The notes: generated by a model not told the origin, from the letters alone. A DNA stretch of 36,795 nt from Candidatus Hodarchaeota archaeon (GCA_016839815.1 JAEOTM010000131.1:1-36795), one strand, 5' to 3'. Positions 8,730 through 18,671 are shown, numbered from the stretch's first letter. A program made the numbers and translations.

Positions 8730-9590
8730 TTACCTATTCTTAAGGAATGTCCCATTCCGATATTCATCAAAGGAGATTCGCAGTTCTTCTTGAGTATTCA
8801 TAAAAATAGGACCAGCCCATGCAATAGGTTCGTCGATAGGCTTTCCAGAAATTAAAAGAAAACGAACTCCTTCATCACCACTAGTGTTAACTTGTATCGT
8901 ATTTCCATTTCGTCTGTAGATTACTAGATTGTCTTTATCAATGAAGACACGGCTATTTGGTGCGAATCGCCCTTTTCCCTCGAAAATATACGCGAATACA
9001 GTGTGGCCATCTGATACAGTATGTGTAAATGTAACACCTGAGGGAATCTCGACATCAAGGTATTGAGGTTCAGCAATGATATCCTTAACTGGACCTTCAG
9101 TACCACGATATTTCCCAGCAAGGACACGTACAATTATACCGTCATCATGGGTAATTTCAGGCACTTGAGAAGCAACAATATCTTGATATCTAGGATTAAT
9201 CAGTTTAGAAGCTCTTGGAAGGTTTACCCACAATTGAAAACCAGCTAATTTTCCATCTGATACCTGAGGCATCTCTTGATGGACAATTCCTCCTCCAGCG
9301 GTCATCCATTGAATATCACCCTTGCCTAGAATGCCAGAGTTACCGATACTATCTTCATGTTTAACCAACCCCTCTAACATATAAGTAACAGTTTCTATTC
9401 CTCGATGAGGATGCCAAGGGAAACCTGCAATATAATCCTCAGGATTCTCAGAACCAAAAGCATCGAGTAATAAGAATGGATCAAGCAATTTAGTTTCTTG
9501 ATGACTAAAAACTCGTCTTAGTTTTACCCCTGCTCCATCCATTGTCGGGAAACTAGCTTGAGATCTATCAATTGTTCGAATAATACTCAT
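8730..9590 (-). CDS. Pirin family protein
   Basis: DPFLLLD, GFPWHPHRGIETVTY, HEDS, QWMTAGGGIVHQE, QLWVNLP, GPIFMNT. Confidence 0.96.
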   Translation of the reverse strand: MSIIRTIDRSQASFPTMDGAGVKLRRVFSHQETKLLDPFLLLDAFGSENPEDYIAGFPWHPHRGIETVTYMLEGLVKHEDSIGNSGILGKGDIQWMTAGGGIVHQEMPQVSDGKLAGFQLWVNLPRASKLINPRYQDIVASQVPEITHDDGIIVRVLAGKYRGTEGPVKDIIAEPQYLDVEIPSGVTFTHTVSDGHTVFAYIFEGKGRFAPNSRVFIDKDNLVIYRRNGNTIQVNTSGDEGVRFLLISGKPIDEPIAWAGPIFMNTQEELRISFDEYRNGTFLKNR

Positions 9591-9769
9591 GACAAACGTG
9601 ACAAAGTCGGAGGATATAAGCTTCGTTATGAAAAAATCAGATTTTGTAATTAAATGAGAGACTCTAGCCTAATACTCACTACTTATTGATAAAGAAAATT
9701 GATTAGGAAATGCCTCTCTGACCTCTCGGAGAAGCAGTGAATGTATAAATAAAATGTGAGGAGGGGTAG

Positions 9770-10033
9770 TCACATCTTTGATGCCGCTAATCTAATATCA
9801 TCACTCTTAACAGTCTTACGGCCAGAGTTATTGCAAATTTCAACTGCATACTTAGATAATTTTAGGCTATGCTCGGTTAAGACTGAATTAAGTGCATCAA
9901 CGGCGTCAGCGGAAACTCGGAATGCGCCAGCATCACGAATTAATCTTTCAACTCTTGCACTAGCAAAGCCACCAGCTCCAGAGCTTGCTTTCTTTGCGGG
10001 TGCGGCTTTTTTTACGACTTTTTTCTTTGCCAT
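9770..10033 (-). CDS. Archaeal histone (HMf-type fold) with Lys/Ala-rich N-terminal tail
   Basis: Histone fold ARVERLIRDAGAFRVSADA...GRKTVKSDDIRLA, preceded by about 22-aa tail MAKKKVVKKAAPAKKASSGAGG. Confidence 0.95.
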   Translation of the reverse strand: MAKKKVVKKAAPAKKASSGAGGFASARVERLIRDAGAFRVSADAVDALNSVLTEHSLKLSKYAVEICNNSGRKTVKSDDIRLAASKM

Positions 10034-10103
10034 TTTTTTCAGATTCCTTTTCTCTTAAGGTACGTTTAGTAACTTGTTGTGAGTTGCTATAAGGAACTAT
10101 CCC

Positions 10104-10112
10104 CTTTAAAAA
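10104..10112 (-). promoter_or_regulatory. Putative TATA box of the histone gene
   Basis: Minus strand TTTTTAAAG preceded by purine-rich ggaataag, about 70 nt upstream of the ATG. Confidence 0.4.
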
Positions 10113-10563
10113 CTTATTCCATCAGAGACGGTTCTTTCTAGTAAGCTAACCTCTGACACCAATCATCTGAGTGAACATGATCGATTAGAATTATGACTCT
10201 TAGAGTGAAGCTTGACTATGCAAATATCTTGGAAAATAACGAATAGCTGACAATGGTACTACTTGATTATGACCTATCTGACAATCATATCCTAGTAGTC
10301 AAAGGATTGATTCATCTTTTGTCTTGCAATGACATATAATTGAAAAGTCCTAATTTCTGCTGGAGGGTAAGAAAATGACTTTATTGTCCCTAAGGTAAAA
10401 GTAATACTTGTACTACTATTCTTATGTTAGTTGATCTGTGATCAAACAGTGTATGTAGGAAATAGGGAATATTGAACCGATTTGGGATTTGTTTAGTCCT
10501 TATGATAAGAAGGAAAATAAAATAAACTTGTAGAACTTTCTTGCTGTTGCGGAATGGAAAATC

Positions 10564-11442
10564 ATGCAAGTAAAATTTTATTCGGATGTTGAGAAATTCG
10601 CAGTATTAGTTCAAAAATTTCTTCTTAGTCATGAAGCAGAGAATAACCTGCTTATTGGGATATTAAATGCTCTAAAAAAAGATATTAACACTTACAGTAA
10701 AACAGAAAAACCCATTTTAATCATTGTTGAGAAGGAGGACTCCATTCAATTGGTTTCTATACGAACTCCTCCCTATAATCAGCTTATTTCTTATACGGAT
10801 AATCTTGAGAGTATTGATAGTTTAGTGGATAAGCTAGGGGAAGTAAATGAAGAACTACCTGGAGTGCTTGGTTTCAAAGCAGGAGTATTGAAGTTTGCAC
10901 AAAATTGGTCGCAGATCAAATCGGTAGATTATTCTTTAGATCAGCACGAGAGAATATATCGACTGGAAAAAGTCAATCCCTCAACATTAGGAAATAGGCA
11001 GGTGACCAAAGCAACATCTGATGATAAGGACACCATTCTAGAGATGATGAAGAATTTTATTCTTGAAGCCCTCCCTGATTCATTACCCCAGAAATCAAAG
11101 CCTGAAATTGAAGCTTCTCAACGTAGAATGGAAAAAGCGTTAGAAAACAATTTAGTTTACGTTTTAAAGGAAAATAATGAAGTAGTTTCAATGGCGAAGA
11201 AAGCACAAGCAACACCAAATGGACAAATAATAAATGCAGTTTACACTTATCCAGATAAACGAAGAAGGGGTTATGCTACTGAAGTGGTCGCTCGAGTAAG
11301 TCAATCAATTCTGGATAGTGGAAAGAAATATTGCTTTCTCTTCACTGATCTAGCTAATCCCACCTCAAATAAAATTTACCAGACAATAGGCTATCGACCA
11401 ATCATCGATATGGATTTTTATAAGTTTAAAAGTAGGAAATAA
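10564..11442 (+). CDS. GNAT-family acetyltransferase (two-domain, C-terminal FR47-like GNAT)
   Basis: Acetyl-CoA motif A AVYTYPDKRRRGYA; motif B LFTDLANPTSNKIYQTIGY. Confidence 0.92.
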   Translation: MQVKFYSDVEKFAVLVQKFLLSHEAENNLLIGILNALKKDINTYSKTEKPILIIVEKEDSIQLVSIRTPPYNQLISYTDNLESIDSLVDKLGEVNEELPGVLGFKAGVLKFAQNWSQIKSVDYSLDQHERIYRLEKVNPSTLGNRQVTKATSDDKDTILEMMKNFILEALPDSLPQKSKPEIEASQRRMEKALENNLVYVLKENNEVVSMAKKAQATPNGQIINAVYTYPDKRRRGYATEVVARVSQSILDSGKKYCFLFTDLANPTSNKIYQTIGYRPIIDMDFYKFKSRK

Positions 11443-11443
11443 C

Positions 11444-11683
11444 ATGCAGATAAAAAAGAAGTGTCAAGATTGCGGAGGTGCCTTTATAATGAATATTCCA
11501 TCAAGTTTATTCGAAAGAGAAGAGCATTTAATTATGAAATGTCCCTATTGTGGTCTTCAATTATCCATGATGATTGAGGATGGGAAATTACTCGCTGAAT
11601 CAGACACCAGTTCGTACATTAGGCAATTACCAGGAAAACAAATACCTACCAAACCATGGGTCGAGTTAATTCGAAAAGGATAA
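11444..11683 (+). CDS. Small Zn-ribbon protein
   Basis: CQDCG...CPYCG; ATG begins one base after the GNAT stop codon. Confidence 0.75.
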   Translation: MQIKKKCQDCGGAFIMNIPSSLFEREEHLIMKCPYCGLQLSMMIEDGKLLAESDTSSYIRQLPGKQIPTKPWVELIRKG

Positions 11684-11724
11684 TTTTCTATCCATCTCTT
11701 CAGACTTCTTTCTACGAATTTCAG

Positions 11725-11768
11725 AGTTCAAGTTTTCTTGAACTAACGTTTTTACACGAATGTGTAAA
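11725..11768. repeat. Two adjacent perfect inverted repeats
   Basis: agttcaag-tttt-cttgaact (11725-11744) and tttacac-gaat-gtgtaaa (11751-11768), just before a TATA-like aactataag. Confidence 0.6.
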
Positions 11769-11853
11769 CAAAACTATAAGTTTGTTTTCCGTGGTAATAC
11801 ATTCAGACATAAAATTAACTAAATACTAAAAAATACATGGATGGTGAAGTTAC

Positions 11854-12063
11854 TTGAAAACGCTTGAAGAATTAGAGAAGGAATATATAGTACAGAAGAG
11901 AAATTGTTGGTGGTGTGGATCAGTGTTCAGGAAAGGATCGATCTGGAGTGATTCAAATAAGCATGGTGTATCGTTATTAGGGAAAAATGAAAAGCAACTG
12001 GTTTTTCTTCACTGCACAGATTGTGGGAATGAAACGTCCCTAACCAGATGGATCTCACAGTGA
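11854..12063 (+). CDS. Small Zn-finger protein
   Basis: CWWCG...CTDCG; TTG start with GGTGA Shine-Dalgarno-like motif upstream. Confidence 0.7.
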   Translation: MKTLEELEKEYIVQKRNCWWCGSVFRKGSIWSDSNKHGVSLLGKNEKQLVFLHCTDCGNETSLTRWISQ

Positions 12064-12135
12064 TTTACTTCAGGGAGGAAGTATCTATTTTCTTTTGTAG
12101 GAAACAGGGTATTATTTTTCTTCTAATCTAGTTAC

Positions 12136-12157
12136 TAGAAGTAGGAATATACTTCTA
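12136..12157. repeat. Inverted repeat in intergenic region
   Basis: tagaagta-ggaata-tacttcta, 8-bp perfect arms. Confidence 0.45.
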
Positions 12158-12373
12158 ATTATCTAGTACCAACTAAGAGATGATTAATGCAATTGGTACC
12201 AAATAAGGGCAAAAGTTTTCTTATTTTACAATCGATCATTGATTTTTCACAATATCAAATTACATGGTTATTTTATAATATTCACTAAACACTCTCTCAA
12301 CTGATAAAAATCAATTGTTTTTTACTTATTTCAATATCCGATTTACAAAATGATTATAAATTTCAAAGATTAG

Positions 12374-13288
12374 GTGGCTGAAATGACACATGAAAATGCA
12401 ATTGTGATTAGCGAATTAACGAAATATTATGGTCCCACACGAGGGATCGAAGGTCTTACTCTAAAGGTACGGAGCGGAGAGATTTTTGGTTTCTTGGGCC
12501 CTAATGGAGCTGGAAAAACAACCACAATTCGCTGTATGATGAATACTCTCCTGCCTACTAACGGAGAAATTAGAATCTCCGGTGAGAAAGTTACACGACA
12601 AAATCCACGTTTACGAGAAAAAATTGGCTATGTTCCTGGGGAATTATCCTTACCCGAATATTATACAGTTAATGAATTTTTGAATTACATTGAAGCTATG
12701 CGTGCTAAACCAGCATTACGAAGACAAGAAATTGTCGATCGATTCGATCTGAATTCAAATCTTAAGAAAAAGATTGGCGAACTATCAAAAGGAAATAAGC
12801 AGAAAGTGGGTATCGTTTCTGCTTTTATGAATGATCCAGATATCTTGATAATGGATGAACCAACAGCGGGACTTGATCCCCTACTTCAACAAGAAGTGTA
12901 CAAACTCCTGTTAGAATCCAAAAAAGAAGGAAAAACCCTTTTCATGAGTTCTCACAATTTGGAGGAAGTTCAACGCGTGTGTGATCGAGTTGGGATTGTT
13001 AAAGATGGTTTTCTCATTAGTATTGAGGATATAGATAATCTTAATAAAGATGTACCCAGAATCGTGGAAGCTCGCCTTAGATCTCCTGATGAAAAACAGC
13101 TGAGGGAATTTGGTGAACGTCTATTGGAATTTAGACAATCTGATAATTACGTGAGAATACTAATTCGGATGGAGGATTCAATTAAAGACAATATTGGGAA
13201 GCTTCTAGCTATGGATCCTGAAGAGCTTGTATATCCTCCTGCAAGTCTGGAAGAGTTCTTCCTGCAATTTTACGAAGGCAAAAGTTAG
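12374..13288 (+). CDS. ABC transporter ATP-binding protein (ABC-2/DrrA type)
   Basis: GPNGAGKTT, signature LSKGNKQK, ILIMDEPTAGLD, SSH. Confidence 0.96.
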   Translation: MAEMTHENAIVISELTKYYGPTRGIEGLTLKVRSGEIFGFLGPNGAGKTTTIRCMMNTLLPTNGEIRISGEKVTRQNPRLREKIGYVPGELSLPEYYTVNEFLNYIEAMRAKPALRRQEIVDRFDLNSNLKKKIGELSKGNKQKVGIVSAFMNDPDILIMDEPTAGLDPLLQQEVYKLLLESKKEGKTLFMSSHNLEEVQRVCDRVGIVKDGFLISIEDIDNLNKDVPRIVEARLRSPDEKQLREFGERLLEFRQSDNYVRILIRMEDSIKDNIGKLLAMDPEELVYPPASLEEFFLQFYEGKS

Positions 13289-13299
13289 GTGATATAGTA

Positions 13300-15015
13300 A
13301 TGTATTTTCACTTCGCACTCCACCGATATTGGTTAAATTTCAAACGTCATAGAAATACTGTTATTTTAGCGATAACGATTCTAACAGCAGTTGTCGTATT
13401 AGTAGGTCTTGTTTATCCAGGATCCGAAGCTGTGGAAGCTTATCTTGGCATTCCAGCCTTTCAATTGCTTTTTGGAGAACAAGAAGTTGATAATCCAGGG
13501 ATGCTCGTATGGTTATTATTCATATTTAGTTCATTTCTATTAACAATTCTATATCCAGTTATCGGTATTTTCTTCGGAGTCAAAATTCTACCTTTCAGTG
13601 AAAAAGAGGGAAAAGAGCTTCTTTTTAGTACAGAAAAATCACCACTAAAATATTTTTTAGAAAATCTACTAATTGCTACTATACTAATTCCTCTTACGAT
13701 TATACCTGCATATCTTATTGGGGTAATGTTTCTAGTCTTAAATGGTAGTGAAATATCACCCTTTGTAATCGCCTCTATCATACCAATGTTTTATGTTATG
13801 GTTGTTATGCTAGTTTCTAGCTTGGGAAGTGCAATTAAGTCCTCCCAAAGGACTGGGTTTGCATTTGGAGGAGTTTTCTTCATTGTATCGTTCACTTTGA
13901 ATCTCTTACAAGAAGAAATTGACTTCGTGAAAGATATTAACCTGATGTCTCAAATAAATTCATTTCAGCATGCTATTGCTGGAACTTGGAACCAAGAATT
14001 CATCATAAAATGTCTTTTGTTGATAGGAGTGCTGATCATACTAACGATATTCTTTTTATATAGAACAGATTACATTGAAACTCGATCAAGGTATGTAGAG
14101 TCAACTGAGACGGAAGAACGTAGAAGCGTTAAATCTAAAGTATCTTTTATTAGAACACCTGTTGAATCAATCCTTTCAGGTGTAGGTTGGAAATTCCCTG
14201 CCTTCAGAGATCAACTACAATCGTCTGCGGGTATTTTTCTTATCTATTTAATAGCAACGAGTCTTTTACTAATGGTAGTTGCTCTTGTATACCCTGGAGA
14301 CGAGACTATGACACTACTTTTCTCTGAAATGGAAGCTACACTTAATTCACCAATAATTGCAGCCTTTATGTTTAACCATTCACTATCAGCAACTTTAGAG
14401 GGGTTTGTTTTAGTCAAAATCATGCTCTTTCATTGGATCTATTATGCACCATTTCTCTTCATTTTCACTTATGATATAATTATGAGAGACAGAAGTGCTG
14501 GATATGATGAGATTACTTGGTCTATGCCTCGTACACGTACTTTAGTTCTTATCCAGAGAACCCTAGCTTCAATTGTCTACCTTTGGCTTATTATTTTAGC
14601 TAATTGGATCGCTTTGTGGATTGGAGAATATGTCTTGAGTATGTATGCCGATGTAGTTCTTACAGACTTTGGAGCAACTAATATGGCATTTATTTTCTTA
14701 GGGATAGGATACAGTTTCTTCCTAGTTCTATTTGTAGCCGTTGCCTCACTTCCTCATCCAAAATATCTTCCGCTAGCTTTAGCAGGGACATTTTTAGTAG
14801 CACTATTCCTACCAGTAATATGGTATATGAATCAAGATTTCTCCTGGTTACTATACTTGTCACCGTTCTATTACTTTGATGTTGCTGGTATGCTCCTAAG
14901 TGACATCAATCTTTTTGGAAAAGCTATTCCTGAAGTAATAATCTATGGAGTGGTTACAATCCTATTCTTTACCTATGTGGTTAGATATTGGACTCCTAAA
15001 CAGGATATTGCCTAA
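13300..15015 (+). CDS. ABC-2 permease, tandem-duplicated (two fused 6-TM halves)
   Basis: About 12 TM; halves start GLVYPG / ALVYPG; KELLFS / DEITWS motifs; follows the ATPase. Confidence 0.85.
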   Translation: MYFHFALHRYWLNFKRHRNTVILAITILTAVVVLVGLVYPGSEAVEAYLGIPAFQLLFGEQEVDNPGMLVWLLFIFSSFLLTILYPVIGIFFGVKILPFSEKEGKELLFSTEKSPLKYFLENLLIATILIPLTIIPAYLIGVMFLVLNGSEISPFVIASIIPMFYVMVVMLVSSLGSAIKSSQRTGFAFGGVFFIVSFTLNLLQEEIDFVKDINLMSQINSFQHAIAGTWNQEFIIKCLLLIGVLIILTIFFLYRTDYIETRSRYVESTETEERRSVKSKVSFIRTPVESILSGVGWKFPAFRDQLQSSAGIFLIYLIATSLLLMVVALVYPGDETMTLLFSEMEATLNSPIIAAFMFNHSLSATLEGFVLVKIMLFHWIYYAPFLFIFTYDIIMRDRSAGYDEITWSMPRTRTLVLIQRTLASIVYLWLIILANWIALWIGEYVLSMYADVVLTDFGATNMAFIFLGIGYSFFLVLFVAVASLPHPKYLPLALAGTFLVALFLPVIWYMNQDFSWLLYLSPFYYFDVAGMLLSDINLFGKAIPEVIIYGVVTILFFTYVVRYWTPKQDIA

Positions 15016-15096
15016 ATCCCAAGAAAAAAACATACTCAGATAGCTTTGGCCACTTTGAATAAGAGTATGATTATAATCCATCAGCTTATACTTTAG

Positions 15097-16239
15097 ATGA
15101 TTCAACTTCCAAAGGGTAGGACTATGAGTATCGTTGATTATACCTTTCCACAGCTCCAGTATATCATCCTCTCTTGGTTATCAGTTCTTATAGCGACAAG
15201 CGGAGCGCTTATTGTGTTTAGGGAGTATCGGAAACTCAGAGCTCAACCATTAATTTATCTAGAATTAATATTAGTGTTTCTTGTTCCCTATAATATTTGT
15301 CATGGTATGTTATTCCTCGTAGGATTTGAAAATCGATCTACCATGGAATTCCTCTTTCGTATTCAGATGATTATCTTATTTATTGTGGTATTCTTCCTTG
15401 TATTCTTTATAGAATCATTACGCGCAGATAAACCCTCGCCTTTCATACTCATGATACTTGGATTAGGTTTAGGGAATGGTTTGGTTATGTCAGTTATTCC
15501 TAATTCGATCAAATTCAGTATAGAAATTGGCCCCTATTTGTCAGATTTTGCCCGTGCATTATTTGGCATTGATTTAATCTTTCTGACATTTTTATTAACT
15601 ATAAGAATTAGTAGATTTCTTCCGTTTGTGCCTCAAACGTACCTTAAACCAGCTCTTCTATTTTATTTTGGATGTTTAAGTCCTATCTTATTCCCACTGA
15701 TTTGCGTAAGCACCAAAATGTCACTAGTCATTCTAGGAATTGAAATCTTGAGTGTTGCTTTAGGTACCTTTATTGTAATTATTGCAATATTGCTTGATGA
15801 ACGGGTATTACGAGTTTTACCTTTCAATGCTTATCGAATATCAGTTATTAACATGAATATTGGATTATCTATCTTTGATGTTCTTTTCGAGACAAAACAA
15901 TCGGGTCCTGATTCTAGTGTTCTTATACCACATCTGATGACCGCTAATTTTCAATTTGTTCAATCTGTCATACATGATACCGAAAAAATTAAATCTATTG
16001 AAACCGATAATTACTATTTCATCTTTGAAGCCTATAAAGATATAGTCGCATTTGTAATCGCCGATAATACTTCAATGTTGATTAAATCTGCGTTAAAAGA
16101 ATTCGTAAAAAATTTCCATGAAAAGTTTGGAGAGAATATTGATTCTTCGGAAATTAGTCAGTATACAGAGGCTGGTACTTTATTAGATCTATATTTTGCT
16201 TTTCTACCTGAGTATAAGATCGTCTCTATTGGATCCTAA
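15097..16239 (+). CDS. 7-TM membrane protein fused to C-terminal longin-like domain
   Basis: Seven hydrophobic segments in residues about 20-235, then YRISVIN..GLSIF, DSSVLIPHLMTANFQF, IKSIETDNYYFIF, IVAFVIAD, ALKEFVKNFHEKF (longin beta-beta-alpha-beta-beta-beta-alpha pattern). Confidence 0.75.
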   Translation: MIQLPKGRTMSIVDYTFPQLQYIILSWLSVLIATSGALIVFREYRKLRAQPLIYLELILVFLVPYNICHGMLFLVGFENRSTMEFLFRIQMIILFIVVFFLVFFIESLRADKPSPFILMILGLGLGNGLVMSVIPNSIKFSIEIGPYLSDFARALFGIDLIFLTFLLTIRISRFLPFVPQTYLKPALLFYFGCLSPILFPLICVSTKMSLVILGIEILSVALGTFIVIIAILLDERVLRVLPFNAYRISVINMNIGLSIFDVLFETKQSGPDSSVLIPHLMTANFQFVQSVIHDTEKIKSIETDNYYFIFEAYKDIVAFVIADNTSMLIKSALKEFVKNFHEKFGENIDSSEISQYTEAGTLLDLYFAFLPEYKIVSIGS

Positions 16240-16341
16240 GTCCTTATCTAACCTTTGATCCAGATGCACTTTTAGTTAGTTTTACTCATTTCTGGAGGGA
16301 GAAATTTTTATTTTATTGATGGATAACCTGTTTGATATTTA

Positions 16342-17808
16342 ATGGGACAAGAATCACTCAATCCAGAACTAAATCAAGAACTTATTTCTGTGCTTGAAGC
16401 CATGATAGACCCAGTTCATATTATCAATAAAGAATTTAATATCATTTTCATGAATGAGGCATTTAAAAAGTGGAATGCTCATTTTGGATTTAAAACGGAA
16501 GTTATTGGTAAAAAATTGACAGATATTTTCCCCTTCCTGTCAGACCGCCCTTTAGCTGAATATGAGTATATCTTTGAGACTGGAAAGGCAATGGCTATTG
16601 CTGAAAGAACAGGCCATAGACGAGAAGAATTCTATAACATTCAACGAATTCCTATATTCAATAAAAACTCTCCTCAAGTGACTCACATAGTAACAATTAT
16701 TCGTGATGTAACAAAAAATGTAGCTATTACGGAAGCTCTAAAAGAATCGGAAAGAAAGTATCGATCGTTAATACAAACCATGGGAGAAGGAGTATGGGTC
16801 ACTGATCGCCTAGATAGAACCATTTTAGTGAATTCAACACTATTAAAAATGTTAGATTATACAGAGGGAGAGATGTTAGGAAGAAAAGTCACGGAATTCT
16901 TAACCCCTGAATATATTGATTTATTTAACGAAATACGGGAAAAACGAATGTCGGAGGAAATTCCAGCATCCACTTATGAACTTGATTTTCTAACAAAGAA
17001 TGGGTTAACAATTCATACACGAGTCGCTGGAACAGCACTCTATAACGAGGAAAATGAATTAATAGGATCGTTTGGAGTTATTTCTGATATTTCTGCAGAA
17101 AAGAAATATCAACAACTGCAGGAACGATTTATTGGAGTGACAGCCCATGAGTTAAGAACTCCTTTAGCGATCATCTCTGGGTACTTGGAACTTCTTCAGA
17201 AAGATCCTTCGATCACTCAGGAACATCAAAATATCTATAATGCAATGTTTAAAAATGCACTTCGGTTACATCAACTTGTACAATCAGTACACGACCTTAC
17301 TGCCATCCAAGCAAATGTTTTTACTATTAATCCTACTAGAACAAACTTAAATGACTTTGTTTCTCAATTTAAAATGCAAATCAAAATCCTTTTTCCGAAT
17401 AGGTTGATTCTAATAAATGAAGAAATTCATTCCCCTCAACTTGAGCTTATGATTGATACCAATCGAATAAACCAAGTATTAGAAAATCTCGTTGATAATG
17501 CAGCAAAAAATTCTCGACAGGACAAAATCATTACAATTAATTTCAGTTATTCTGACAATTCTCTTAATCTAACAGTGGAGGATGAGGGTACAGGAATCTC
17601 TAATCAGAAATTATTCCAACTGTTCCAACCATTCTCACATATTCCGACCGAATTTTCTCAACGAGGGACAGGATTAGGTTTATATATAATAAAGTCTATT
17701 ATTTCTGCACATAATGGTAAAATGAGTGTCATAACTCAAGAAAATAAAGGAAGTTGCTTTTCTGTTACCATTCCTAGTTTTCTCGAAATTTTTCCAAAAT
17801 CTTTCTAG
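16342..17808 (+). CDS. Soluble PAS-PAS sensor histidine kinase
   Basis: Two PAS/PAC repeats; H-box AHELRTPL; N-box NLVDNAAKNS; G1 DEGTG; G2 GTGLGL. Confidence 0.94.
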   Translation: MGQESLNPELNQELISVLEAMIDPVHIINKEFNIIFMNEAFKKWNAHFGFKTEVIGKKLTDIFPFLSDRPLAEYEYIFETGKAMAIAERTGHRREEFYNIQRIPIFNKNSPQVTHIVTIIRDVTKNVAITEALKESERKYRSLIQTMGEGVWVTDRLDRTILVNSTLLKMLDYTEGEMLGRKVTEFLTPEYIDLFNEIREKRMSEEIPASTYELDFLTKNGLTIHTRVAGTALYNEENELIGSFGVISDISAEKKYQQLQERFIGVTAHELRTPLAIISGYLELLQKDPSITQEHQNIYNAMFKNALRLHQLVQSVHDLTAIQANVFTINPTRTNLNDFVSQFKMQIKILFPNRLILINEEIHSPQLELMIDTNRINQVLENLVDNAAKNSRQDKIITINFSYSDNSLNLTVEDEGTGISNQKLFQLFQPFSHIPTEFSQRGTGLGLYIIKSIISAHNGKMSVITQENKGSCFSVTIPSFLEIFPKSF

Positions 17809-18671
17809 TTTAATGTGTTTGCTAGAAAATTTGACACTGTTTGTTGATATTCAGGTAGATATTCATAGTTAAAGTGAGTTCCATTTTCAGGAGTCCAGAC
17901 CTGAGAATCTTTGATGAAAGAACCTAGTTCTTGGGAATACTCGTACGGGAAAATAATATCTTCTCTGCCATGTATAATTAGAGTTGGGACTTTAATTTTT
18001 GGTGCGACCGCTAGGGGACTGTATTCCCCTTTCTTAAATCTTCGGAATATTCTCAAGGTAATGAAAGTTATTCCAGGAATTAAAATTGGGGTTAGAAATT
18101 TAAGAGCTGGCCCATAAACAAATTTTAAACTAAAGGGAAAGGCATAGGGGGGTGATTCTGCAATAATTGCTTTAACTTGCGAATTTTGTGACCCAGCTAA
18201 CAGAGCAGCTCCTCCACCAATAGAATGACCTAATAAGACTACAGGTTGATCCCACCAAGATATACACGCTTTAAGATCTTGTGTGAAACGTATAATACTC
18301 ATTCCTAGTATCTCTTTATCGGAATTTCCATGATCTCGTGCGGAAAAAAGAATAGTAGTATATCCTAGTTCTCCATAAATGCGTGCATGTGAGACCATTC
18401 TTCCTCTATTTCTTCCCCAACCATGTAGAAGTATGATTGCGGGCAAATTATTAGAAAGTGTGTCTGGTCGAACTACCCAACATTCTAACGTTTTATTATT
18501 TACCGTTGGAATACGGTGTTCCTCAATTGTTCCCCAATCAGGGATATCTGGAAGTGAATCTCTAGGCAATTTAGCTAAAATCAACATAATTATAAGACAA
18601 AGTAGTAGATATACAATAATGATACTACCAACAATTAGGATTGATTGGAGAAGAAATAAAAACATTGACAC
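17805..18671 (-). CDS. Membrane-anchored alpha/beta hydrolase
   Basis: N-terminal TM; LLHGWG; GHSIGG; HGRED; GTH. Confidence 0.9.
   Translation of the reverse strand: MSMFLFLLQSILIVGSIIIVYLLLCLIIMLILAKLPRDSLPDIPDWGTIEEHRIPTVNNKTLECWVVRPDTLSNNLPAIILLHGWGRNRGRMVSHARIYGELGYTTILFSARDHGNSDKEILGMSIIRFTQDLKACISWWDQPVVLLGHSIGGGAALLAGSQNSQVKAIIAESPPYAFPFSLKFVYGPALKFLTPILIPGITFITLRIFRRFKKGEYSPLAVAPKIKVPTLIIHGREDIIFPYEYSQELGSFIKDSQVWTPENGTHFNYEYLPEYQQTVSNFLANTLN

Noticed and set aside
9756-10058. 100-aa plus-strand ORF
   Set aside because: Exact antisense of the histone gene; no independent motif.
15097-16239. Rhodopsin
   Set aside because: No retinal-binding Lys motif within the seventh helix.
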